Assembly (NCBI GenBank): GCA_964354345.1
Contig: CAYGZL010000116.1
Location: 214 to 64,213, forward strand
Length of the DNA: 64,000 nt
From: an uncultured Anaerolineaceae bacterium
GTDB taxonomy: Bacteria; Chloroflexota; Anaerolineae; Anaerolineales; UBA4823
Direction of reading: 5' to 3'
The position numbers and the translations under genes are program-made. Positions 42,025-50,669 of this stretch are shown in pieces. Position 1 is the stretch's first letter. Each line of letters begins with the position of its first letter. The notes beneath the pieces were generated by a model, which did no database searches, was not told where the DNA came from, and saw only the letters and a program-made list of their open reading frames with translations.

Positions 42025-42352
42025 AGAGTTAACGAAATTCTTTTCAATGGCGGTGGGGGTCTACCCACAGGATTGGATGATAAGATAATTGAGTCATATA
42101 CTCGTGATAGTTTATACATTAATAATTAAGCCTGAGTCAAGTAGGTAATCAAGTTCCTAATTAAACGCTAATCTTCGAAACGATCGTGGTCTGTGCCATT
42201 CCCATTCTGCACGGTTCTGTGGACAAATTTATCAAATCTCCTTGCATGTTTTTAAAGATTAGGGCATACTACAAGTTGCTGTAGGTTTATAACCCACAAA
42301 AGCTTGACCTGAGCGAAGCAAAGGGAGCTTATTTACCAGGGAGTGTGGAACT

Positions 42353-44959
42353 ATGGAAACAATCTCATTACGAGCTTATCAGCGTGAAATTGAAGGCCTG
42401 ATCAAGACCGGACAGTTTGCAGATGCCATAAGCCATTGTCGCCATATCCTTAAATCTTTCCCGAAAAGTGTCGCCACCTACCGACTGTTAGGGAAAGCCT
42501 GTCTCGAAAACCAGCAATTGGAAGAAGCATCCGATGTGTTTCAACGGGTGCTTTCCTCTATACCCGACGATATGACAGCAAACCTGGCCATGAGCGTAAT
42601 CCGACAAGAGCAGGGCAGGCTGGACGAGGCGATTGGATTTATGGAGCGCGCCTTTGAAACACAACCAGCCAATCCAAAAATTCAACAAGAACTACGCCAA
42701 TTATACGGAAAGCGGGATGGTTTAGAGCCCCCGAAGGTTCGCCTCACCCGCGCTGCCCTGGCACGAATGTATTTAAAGGGAGAGTTGGTTCAACAGGCCA
42801 TTGCTGAATTACATGTGGCAATCAAGGAAAATCCCGAACGGATTGATTTACAGATTCTATTGGCACGCGCTTATACTCAGGCCGGTAAATATGGCGAGGC
42901 GGCTAACACCTGCAGTGGTATCCTGGTTAAGCTACCCTTTTGCCTGGAAGCTAATCGGGTCATGACAGAAGTTCTTGCCAACACCGAAAAAGCTGATCAG
43001 ATCCCTGTTTATCGCCAGCGTTTTCATGAACTCGATCCTTATGCAGCTTTTCTAGGTCCCAATGCATTAACGCCAGAGAAAGTTCCCGATCAAGCAGTTA
43101 CACTTGAGAAACTAGATCTGACTGTCGCGCCAGTGCCAGCCGAAGAAGAGACACTGCCGATTTCCGCCGAAATCGCTCAACTCCCAGTCGCAGAAACTGG
43201 AGATGAAGTTGAAATTTCCGCTCCAGAGCCAATCGCTGGAATTGCGTCCGAAACCCCCTCAGCAGAGGTTTCACCGGTAGAAACACAACCAACTGAATGG
43301 CAGCCAGAAGAAGAGCTTGAAGTACCTCAAGCCGAACCCGAACCCGCAATTGCCTCCGATTGGTTCAAAGGCGTCATTCAAGAAGTTCCCGAGCCCACGC
43401 CAGCGGAATCAGAGATCGAACCTGAAGAGATTGCGGAGACCGCGCCGGTCGTCTCGCTGGCTGGCGGGGCGGAGCTTGTTGAGAGTGCAATTGGGTCTGA
43501 AGAGAGCGCAGTAGAAACTGTATCTACTGCCGAAGGTCGATCAGAATGGGTGCCGGAGGTAGAATTAGCTCCCGCTGAGGTTCCTACCACGATAGAAGAG
43601 ATCACCGAGAGCCACCCACTGGTTGTTGAAACCATCCCAGTGAGTGAAACACCCGGGCCAGAAGAAATTACGGTTACGCCACCAGCTACTCCTGAAGTAC
43701 CGGAATGGGTTACGGCAATGACTCCGCCAGAAATTCCCGTTCAAGCAACTCCATCTGTCTCGGAGGAGGTATCTGCACCTCAGGTGGAAGGCGCGCCCGA
43801 GACTCCTGCCGGAGCTGCCGTTCCGGAATGGATAAATGAAATATTGGCCGAAGAGATGCCGCCCGTCGAGGCTGAACCAGAAATTCAAGCGCCGGTCGAA
43901 GAAGCACCAGTGCTGGTGATTAGCGAGGCTGCTGTCGAGGCTCCACCAGTCCAGGTAGTTCCTGTTGAAGTCACTCCAGAGATCGCTCCCGTCGAGGTTA
44001 TCACACCCGTTGAGGAAGGGGTAGAAGCGCTGCCCACCGAAGCCGTTCAACTGCCTGAGGTTGTTACCGAAATCGCATCCGTTGAAACCTATCCAGAAAT
44101 CACTCCCGTCGAAGTCCCGCCCATCGAGGCTGTCGTGGAAGCCCTACCCACCGACGCTGTTCAACTGCCAGAAGAGGTTACTGAAATCGCCCCCGTTGAA
44201 ACCATTCTGGAATTCACTCCCATCGAGGCAGTGGTAGAAGCCCTGCCCACCGAAGCTGTTCAACTGCCTGAGGCTGTTACCGAAATCGCATCCGTTGAAT
44301 CCTATCCAGAAATCACTCCCGTCGAAGTCCCGCCCATCGAGGCTGTCGTGGAAGCGCTGCCCACCGAAGTCGAACAATTTCCCGAAGTGGTCGCTGAAGT
44401 TACGCCGGTTGAGGTCACTCCCGAAACCGCAACTGTGGAAGTTGCCCCGTCCATCGAAGCCATCGTGGAAGCACTACCCACTGAAGCAATCCAACAGCCA
44501 GAAGTAGTTGTTGAAGTCGCGCCAGTTGAAACCGTTCTGGAAGCCGCTCCCGTCGAAGATGTCCCGCTCATCGAGGCTGTCGTGGAAGCGCTGCCCATCG
44601 AAGCAGTGCGACTGCCCGAAGTGGTCGCTGAAGCCGCGCCCGTTGAAATCGCTCCCGAAGTACCACCAGGCGTGAGTCTCCAACCGATCGCCCTACCCGA
44701 GCCAGCCGTCCCACCTGTTCTCGATGCAGCACGTCAGGCCCTCAAAACTGGCAATCTGGATCTGGCGCTTGACCATTATGGCAACTTAATCAATACACAC
44801 CAGGATCTACCCGAGGTCATCCAGGATTTGAAACAGGCTCTCGATAAGGAGCCACAAAATCAAGCCCTCTGGCAGCACCTGGGGGATGCATATCTACGGG
44901 CTGACCAGCTTCAAGAAGCCCTGGAGGCCTATCTTAAGGCTGAGGAACTGATAAAATAG
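42353..44959 (+). CDS. TPR protein with long acidic Glu/Pro/Val-rich repeat region
   Basis: N-terminal TPRs, central low-complexity repeats, C-terminal TPRs (WQHLGDAYLRAD). Confidence 0.85.
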   Translation: METISLRAYQREIEGLIKTGQFADAISHCRHILKSFPKSVATYRLLGKACLENQQLEEASDVFQRVLSSIPDDMTANLAMSVIRQEQGRLDEAIGFMERAFETQPANPKIQQELRQLYGKRDGLEPPKVRLTRAALARMYLKGELVQQAIAELHVAIKENPERIDLQILLARAYTQAGKYGEAANTCSGILVKLPFCLEANRVMTEVLANTEKADQIPVYRQRFHELDPYAAFLGPNALTPEKVPDQAVTLEKLDLTVAPVPAEEETLPISAEIAQLPVAETGDEVEISAPEPIAGIASETPSAEVSPVETQPTEWQPEEELEVPQAEPEPAIASDWFKGVIQEVPEPTPAESEIEPEEIAETAPVVSLAGGAELVESAIGSEESAVETVSTAEGRSEWVPEVELAPAEVPTTIEEITESHPLVVETIPVSETPGPEEITVTPPATPEVPEWVTAMTPPEIPVQATPSVSEEVSAPQVEGAPETPAGAAVPEWINEILAEEMPPVEAEPEIQAPVEEAPVLVISEAAVEAPPVQVVPVEVTPEIAPVEVITPVEEGVEALPTEAVQLPEVVTEIASVETYPEITPVEVPPIEAVVEALPTDAVQLPEEVTEIAPVETILEFTPIEAVVEALPTEAVQLPEAVTEIASVESYPEITPVEVPPIEAVVEALPTEVEQFPEVVAEVTPVEVTPETATVEVAPSIEAIVEALPTEAIQQPEVVVEVAPVETVLEAAPVEDVPLIEAVVEALPIEAVRLPEVVAEAAPVEIAPEVPPGVSLQPIALPEPAVPPVLDAARQALKTGNLDLALDHYGNLINTHQDLPEVIQDLKQALDKEPQNQALWQHLGDAYLRADQLQEALEAYLKAEELIK
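43960..44660 (+). repeat. Intragenic tandem repeat, six units of about 33-40 aa containing VEALP
   Basis: VEALP(T/I) occurs six times; near-identical DNA blocks of about 75 bp at about 44069 and 44282. Confidence 0.85.
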
Positions 44960-45035
44960 GTCGGTTAATCTTGATAAGCCACAGTCCTGGATAGGTCAGG
45001 CAGCCCAAAATAACATTTATTCATTGGAGGTATTT

Positions 45036-45485
45036 GTGGAACGGACATTGGTGCTGGTAAAGCCTGACGGGGTGCAACGCGGCTTGATTGGTGAAGTCAT
45101 CTCCCGCCTGGAACGGCGCGGTTTACGCCTGGTTGCCGCAAAATTTATGCTAGTCAGCCAGGAATTGGCTGAAACTCATTATGCAATTCACAAGGAGAAA
45201 GATTTTTATTATGGCCTGATCCGTCATATCACTTCAGGACCAGTCATGGCAATGGTCTGGGAAGGACCGGCGGCAATCGTTGCGGTGCGGCAGACTATGG
45301 GAAAGACCATACCAACACAAGCGGCGCCGGGAACAGTGCGCCATGATTACGCCTTGGAGGTCGGTCGTAACTTAACCCATGCTTCAGATGAACTTGAGAA
45401 CGGGGAAAAAGAAGTGGCTTTGTGGTTCCGACCGGAAGAGTTGGTCAGTTGGGAACGCAGTACCGATCGTTGGATTTTTGAGTAA
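45036..45485 (+). CDS. ndk: Nucleoside-diphosphate kinase
   Basis: ERTLVLVKPDGVQRGLIG, PGTVR, NLTHASD. GTG start after GGAGG. Confidence 0.96.
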   Translation: MERTLVLVKPDGVQRGLIGEVISRLERRGLRLVAAKFMLVSQELAETHYAIHKEKDFYYGLIRHITSGPVMAMVWEGPAAIVAVRQTMGKTIPTQAAPGTVRHDYALEVGRNLTHASDELENGEKEVALWFRPEELVSWERSTDRWIFE

Positions 45486-45493
45486 AGATTTTA

Positions 45494-47422
45494 TTGGCGC
45501 TAAATTCAGATCAAATTCAAGAGAAACTTAACCGGATCCTGCCTGCCGTTCAAAAGCCTGGGCGTTACACCGGAGGAGAGTTAAACCAGGTCGTTAAGGA
45601 TTGGAATCGAGTCAAGACCCGCGTGGCGCTGGTATTCCCTGATCTATATGATCTCGGGATGTCTAACCTGGGCCTGGCAATCCTGTACGATCTGCTCAAC
45701 CAACGTCCGGACGTACTCGCAGAACGGTGCTTCAGCCCCTGGACAGATATGGAAGCTGTTCTGCGTTCAACGGGTATCCCTCTATATTCTCTGGAAACCA
45801 AACACCCTCTGGCTTCCTTTGATATCGTCGGCTTTTCGCTACCTTACGAGACGCTCTATACCAACACGCTGAACATCCTGGATCTGGCCGGCATCCCGCT
45901 CTTTACAAGTGAGCGAACTGTATCAGACCCCCTGATCATCGCAGGTGGGCATGCCACGTTCAATCCCGAGCCCATGCACGCCTTCATTGATGCTTATGCC
46001 ATCGGCGAAGGGGAAGAGGTGATCCAGGAAATCGTAGATACCCACCAGGCCTGGAAACAGCGCGGCACAGGGCGAGATGACCTGTTACGGTCTTTGGCGA
46101 AAATATGCGGCGTCTATGTTCCTGCACTTTACCGTGACCATTATCACCCGGATGGTACATTTTCATCTATCGAAACCTTGACACCTGAAGCCGCACTGCC
46201 AGTGGTCAAACGGATCGTCGGCAAACTCCCTCCACCTCCCACCCATTTCATCGTTCCATACATTGAAACTGTTCATAACCGGGTTCCGATTGAGATTATG
46301 CGAGGTTGTACGCGGGGTTGCCGTTTCTGCCATGCCGGGATGATCGCCCGTCCTGTCCGAGAACGACCGGTGGAGGAAATCGTTAATGCTATTGATGAGG
46401 CTTTGCAAAACACCGGTTTCGAAGAGGTGGGATTGTTATCTCTCTCTTCGTCAGATTACACGCAAATCCTCAACCTGGTAAATTCGGTGAGCCAGCGCCT
46501 CGCAAACCGGCATATCTCCATCTCACTGCCTTCCTTGCGAATCGAATCGTTCTCGGTCGACCTAATGAACGCCATGCAAGATTCACGCCGCAGCGGTTTT
46601 ACGCTGGCTCCGGAGGCAGCCACAGAACGGATGCGTGAGATCATCAACAAGCCAGTCAGCACCGCGCAACTCCTGGAAACCGCCCACGCCATCTTCAGCC
46701 GGGGTTGGTCTAATATCAAGTTGTATTTTATGATCGGCCACCCATCCGAAACGGTGGCAGATGTGCAGGCCATTGCTGATCTGTGTAAGTCTGTTTTAAC
46801 CGAAGGTCGCAAGGTGATTGGCCGGCGCGCCCAGGTCACTGCAGGCGTGAGTACGTTTATCCCAAAGCCCCACACACCCTTCCAATGGGTGCCCTGCGAC
46901 ACCGTCGAACAAATTACAGCCAAACAAGAGTTGCTCAAACAAACCCTGCGAGGCCCTGGATTGAAGTTAAACTGGAATCCAATTGAAGGCACCTTACTTG
47001 AAGCATGGTTATCCCGCGGTGACCGGCGCATGGCTGCCGTGATCTATCAAGCCTGGAAGCAGGGAGCAAAATTCGACGCCTGGAACGAGCAATTTCGTTT
47101 CGAACTTTGGCAAGAAGCGTTTAGGTTAGCGGGATTGGATCCGGCTTTTTATACGCACCGGGAACGTCCTGTTGATGAGGCGTTCCCTTGGGATCACATC
47201 AGCGCGTCGGTACGCAAAAAATTCTTGACTGAAGACTACCTGTGGAGCTTGCAGGGTAAAACACGCCTCGATTGCCGTGAACACTGTTACGCCTGCGGTA
47301 TCCTGCCGACTTTCGCTGACTTGCGCCGTCACAATCCCGGGAAAATCTGGCAATGCCCTGAAGTAAAATCAAAGAGAAACCTGCTTACGGTGAATGATGC
47401 GCATCCGGATTCACTTCGCTAA
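45494..47422 (+). CDS. TIGR03960 family B12-binding radical SAM protein
   Basis: KPGRYTGGE, FPDLYDLGMSNLG, RGCTRGCRFC, TLAPEA, PWDHI, C-terminal Cys cluster. Confidence 0.92.
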   Translation: MALNSDQIQEKLNRILPAVQKPGRYTGGELNQVVKDWNRVKTRVALVFPDLYDLGMSNLGLAILYDLLNQRPDVLAERCFSPWTDMEAVLRSTGIPLYSLETKHPLASFDIVGFSLPYETLYTNTLNILDLAGIPLFTSERTVSDPLIIAGGHATFNPEPMHAFIDAYAIGEGEEVIQEIVDTHQAWKQRGTGRDDLLRSLAKICGVYVPALYRDHYHPDGTFSSIETLTPEAALPVVKRIVGKLPPPPTHFIVPYIETVHNRVPIEIMRGCTRGCRFCHAGMIARPVRERPVEEIVNAIDEALQNTGFEEVGLLSLSSSDYTQILNLVNSVSQRLANRHISISLPSLRIESFSVDLMNAMQDSRRSGFTLAPEAATERMREIINKPVSTAQLLETAHAIFSRGWSNIKLYFMIGHPSETVADVQAIADLCKSVLTEGRKVIGRRAQVTAGVSTFIPKPHTPFQWVPCDTVEQITAKQELLKQTLRGPGLKLNWNPIEGTLLEAWLSRGDRRMAAVIYQAWKQGAKFDAWNEQFRFELWQEAFRLAGLDPAFYTHRERPVDEAFPWDHISASVRKKFLTEDYLWSLQGKTRLDCREHCYACGILPTFADLRRHNPGKIWQCPEVKSKRNLLTVNDAHPDSLR

Positions 47423-48026
47423 AACGGATGAGATGCGGTTTACCGGTCACCTCGATCTGTACCGCAGCTGGGAACGTACCCTCAGGCGCGCCAATCTACC
47501 GTTGACCTATAGCCAGGGCTTTAATCCACATCCTAAAATAAACCTGGCTGCAGCTCTACCCCTCGGATTCACCGGTCAGGATGAGTTACTCGACACATGG
47601 CTGGATACACCTCTGCCTGTCGACATGATCCAGACAGCGCTCCAGACAGCCGCACCGCCCGGAATCACCATTAAGCAGGTATATGAGGTTGAAGAGCGAG
47701 CCCCAACCTTACAAACCCTTGTCCAGGCTTCAGATTATGAAATCACTTTTTTGGACTCTTTTCCAGAACTAGACGGGCGTCTCCAAAGTGTGATCGAAGC
47801 TCCCGTATTAAGGCGTGAATGGCGAGGCAAGCCTTACGATCTGCGACCTTTAATCATGGATCTCCAACAGATGCCCGATGATGATCTTGGGCGCCAACGA
47901 ATTTACGTGCGCCTGACAATTCGGGAGGGCGCCACCGGTCGACCGGAAGAGGTTGTCTCCGCACTGGGTTTTTCGCCCCTGGCAATCCTGGCCAAACGCG
48001 TACGACTCGTTTTTCAGGCAAGCTAA
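47394..48026 (+). CDS. TIGR03936 radical SAM-associated protein (DUF2344)
   Basis: FTGHLDL, YSQGFNPHP, ALPLG; overlaps the TIGR03960 gene. Confidence 0.9.
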   Translation: MMRIRIHFAKTDEMRFTGHLDLYRSWERTLRRANLPLTYSQGFNPHPKINLAAALPLGFTGQDELLDTWLDTPLPVDMIQTALQTAAPPGITIKQVYEVEERAPTLQTLVQASDYEITFLDSFPELDGRLQSVIEAPVLRREWRGKPYDLRPLIMDLQQMPDDDLGRQRIYVRLTIREGATGRPEEVVSALGFSPLAILAKRVRLVFQAS

Positions 48027-48153
48027 GCAATCTTTATAATATGGGCATATTCTTATGTATCTCATTTAGAGTATAATTGTCCTATTTACAATAAGAGATA
48101 TTGCAAAAAAATATATTAAGGAAATAAATATTAAATAATATGGTAAGATTGGT
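48027..48153 (+). promoter_or_regulatory. AT-rich promoter region of the CIS operon
   Basis: Strongly AT-rich intergenic stretch with two TATAAT hexamers, TTGCAA at 48101 and TGnTAAGAT at 48141-48149. Confidence 0.5.
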
Positions 48154-48840
48154 ATGAATATGATTGAACAAGCTGATCAACGGTTGCGTTCTTGGGTTGA
48201 AACAGTTCTGGGTTCAGTGACAGTTTCATTCGATCCGCCAAGCAACAAACCAGGGGGAGAAGGCGTCAGCTTATATTTATTTGAATTACTATCTACACCC
48301 CCTCCCAGCTCTACTAAATTATCTCCCTTACAATTTACCGTTCGATATTTAGTGACTACCTGGGCCGACACCCCAGAAAAGGCCCACCAATTGTTAAGCG
48401 AGTTGGTCCTGGCCGCGTTAGGAACTCCTGATCTGGAAGTGGAGATCGCGCCTTTCCCATCTGAAAGCTGGCTGGCAATCGGCGCCCAACCAAGGCCATC
48501 CTTCTATATAAAAACTATTGTTCGCCAGGAGCGGGTTGAACCCCTCACCCATCTGGTTGAGCAACCCCTGATCGTCGAAACTGCCCAAATTACGAGCCTG
48601 GTCGGTGAATTGTGTACCCCTGATAATATCCCGATTATGGGAGGCTACGTTGAGCTAATTGATCTCGGTTTATCTGCTTATACAGATCGTAAGGGACGTT
48701 TTCGTTTTCCCACCATCCCCTCCGGCTTGCCGCTCAAGCTGCAAGTGAAAGCACGTGGCAAGACACTGAATGTTTTGGTCAAGCGTCTGGCTACTGACAC
48801 TGATCCAATCGTAATCCAAATCGACCCGCTTAAACCTTAA
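48154..48840 (+). CDS. Pvc16/Afp16 (DUF4255)-like cap/terminator with C-terminal carboxypeptidase-regulatory-like beta-sandwich
   Basis: VSFDPP, VSLYLF, YLVTTW and W.AIG..PRPS pattern; C-terminal TDRKGRFRF prealbumin-like motif; first gene of the CIS locus. Confidence 0.72.
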   Translation: MNMIEQADQRLRSWVETVLGSVTVSFDPPSNKPGGEGVSLYLFELLSTPPPSSTKLSPLQFTVRYLVTTWADTPEKAHQLLSELVLAALGTPDLEVEIAPFPSESWLAIGAQPRPSFYIKTIVRQERVEPLTHLVEQPLIVETAQITSLVGELCTPDNIPIMGGYVELIDLGLSAYTDRKGRFRFPTIPSGLPLKLQVKARGKTLNVLVKRLATDTDPIVIQIDPLKP

Positions 48841-48964
48841 CCAGAGACAAAAGCGGAGCTTCAGTTAAGTAATTTATGATTTAACAGCCTGATCAGCCCA
48901 GCGTCATTCTTTTTTACGCTGGATATGAAAAAGATGGTCACTATCTAGTCAGAGGAGGCAAGTA

Positions 48965-50155
48965 ATGGAATATCGAGCACCAGATATCTATGTCGAAGAA
49001 GTGCCAGGTGGTCCACGTCCGATTCAGGCGGTAGGCACCAGCACAGCGGGCTTCGTCGGCGTCGCTCCCGATCCGAAAGCGCCGACCGATCAAGTCAAGG
49101 CTATCAATAACTGGACCCAATTTGTAAACAATTTTGCGTCCGGGCAAGCTATTAAATCGACTCCGTTAGCCCAGGCGGTGTTCGGTTTCTTCCAGAATGG
49201 CGGCACACGCTGTTATGTTGTGGCCGTTGGGGATGGCAAGCCGATTACCGGAAAAGGCGGGAAACGCTCTGGCCTGGATTTACTCGAAGCGTATGATGAA
49301 ATAGCTATCGTAGCTGCGCCTGGTAAAAATGACCAGGCCTCACAGGAAGCCCTGCTGACGCACTGCGAATCGTTGAAAGATCGCGTGGCCATCCTGGACA
49401 GCCCGGAGAAGGTGGAAGATTTACAGAAGCTGGTCACCGTAGCGGATAGCGGCGGCCCTGCTCCGACACCTGCGACTCCCAGTGGAGGTGTTCGCCCGCG
49501 TGATTCCAAAGGCGGTTATGGAACCTTCTATTATCCATGGATTATCATCCGCGATCCGATCACCGGAGACCAGGTCAGCGCCCCACCTTCCGGACACCTG
49601 GCTGGAATTTGGGCTCGCTCAGACTCCACACGCGGAGTTCATAAGGCTCCAGCAAATGAACCGGTGCGCGGCGCCCTGGGTGTGACCCACGCCCTCACAC
49701 GCCAGGAACAGGCTGAATTGAACCCGGCCGGTGTGAACGTGATTCGCTTCTTCCCCCGCCAGGGTGTCCTGGTATGGGGCGCGCGCACACTTGAAAAAGA
49801 CGAGTTTCGCTACCTGAATGTGCGTCGTTTGTTTAACATGGTAGAAGAGTCGATCGCCACCAGCACCCGTTGGATCGTCTTCGAGCCAAATGACCGCACT
49901 CTGTGGAAATCAATCCGGCGTGATATCACGGCCTTCCTGACCGGATTATGGCGGGATGGAGCCTTAATGGGGCGCACGCCACAGGAAGCTTTCTTCGTCA
50001 AGTGTGACGAGGAGACAAACCCACCAGAGAGCATCAATGAGGGCAAAGTCATCACCCTGATCGGGATTGCCCCAGTCAAACCAGCCGAATTTATTATCTT
50101 CCGCATCAGCCAGTTTGAGGGCGGCGTGGAAGTCCAAACCGAGGGAGGTAGCTAA
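48965..50155 (+). CDS. Contractile tail sheath protein
   Basis: YRAPDIYVEEV, TSTAGFVG, FFQNGG, YYPW, PPSGHLAG, GVHKAPANE, VWGARTL, YLNVRRLF, FEPND, AFFVKCD, APVKPAEF. Confidence 0.97.
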   Translation: MEYRAPDIYVEEVPGGPRPIQAVGTSTAGFVGVAPDPKAPTDQVKAINNWTQFVNNFASGQAIKSTPLAQAVFGFFQNGGTRCYVVAVGDGKPITGKGGKRSGLDLLEAYDEIAIVAAPGKNDQASQEALLTHCESLKDRVAILDSPEKVEDLQKLVTVADSGGPAPTPATPSGGVRPRDSKGGYGTFYYPWIIIRDPITGDQVSAPPSGHLAGIWARSDSTRGVHKAPANEPVRGALGVTHALTRQEQAELNPAGVNVIRFFPRQGVLVWGARTLEKDEFRYLNVRRLFNMVEESIATSTRWIVFEPNDRTLWKSIRRDITAFLTGLWRDGALMGRTPQEAFFVKCDEETNPPESINEGKVITLIGIAPVKPAEFIIFRISQFEGGVEVQTEGGS

Positions 50156-50610
50156 TGCCTGAGGAAACTGGAGCCCAACCGGGTACGTTCGTTGAACCGT
50201 ACCGCGTCTATAACTTCAAGCTGGTGATCAACGGGATCACCGAAGGGCACTTTACCGAATGCAGCGGGTTAGCTGCGCGCGTCCAGACAATCCGTTACCG
50301 TGAAGCCGGTCAGACACAGCTTGTGCGTACCATGCCTGGCCCAGTTGAATATGCCGATGTTACCTTGCGCTATGGATTGACCACTACCCATGAACTGTGG
50401 GATTGGTTTTTGAAATCGGTGGAGGGTAAAGCGGAAAGGAAAAATGTCTCGATTGTAATGCTGGATAGCACTGGAACGACCGAGGTCATGCGCTGGAACC
50501 TGATTGATGCCTGGCCAGCGGAATGGCGGGGAGCGCTGTTAGACGCGCTCGCTGGCGAGGCTGCGATCGAGTCGGTGCGCCTGGTTTACGACCGCCTGGA
50601 GCGGGAATAA
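50155..50610 (+). CDS. Tail tube protein (T4 gp19-like)
   Basis: YNFKL, FTECSGL, YRE, PG, VTLRYG, LWDW, RKNVSI, RWNLIDAWP, AIES; start overlaps the sheath stop. Confidence 0.95.
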   Translation: MPEETGAQPGTFVEPYRVYNFKLVINGITEGHFTECSGLAARVQTIRYREAGQTQLVRTMPGPVEYADVTLRYGLTTTHELWDWFLKSVEGKAERKNVSIVMLDSTGTTEVMRWNLIDAWPAEWRGALLDALAGEAAIESVRLVYDRLERE

Positions 50611-50669
50611 ACCGCCCTCAGGTCGTTGCTGCTGATAACCTGGCGTATCCAAACCTCCCTTAGGCTGGT

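Noticed and set aside
41950-42352. Known riboswitch or tRNA in the long intergenic region
   Set aside because: No cloverleaf or riboswitch consensus that I can recognise; only promoters, a short uORF and hairpins. An Rfam scan would be needed to exclude one.
43960-44660. CRISPR array
   Set aside because: The repeats are in-frame, degenerate at codon level, inside a long ORF, lack unique spacers, and no cas genes are present.
50611-50669. Tail-assembly chaperone with programmed frameshift after the tube gene
   Set aside because: Only 59 bp separate the tube stop from the next ORF, with no chaperone-sized ORF or clear slippery heptamer.
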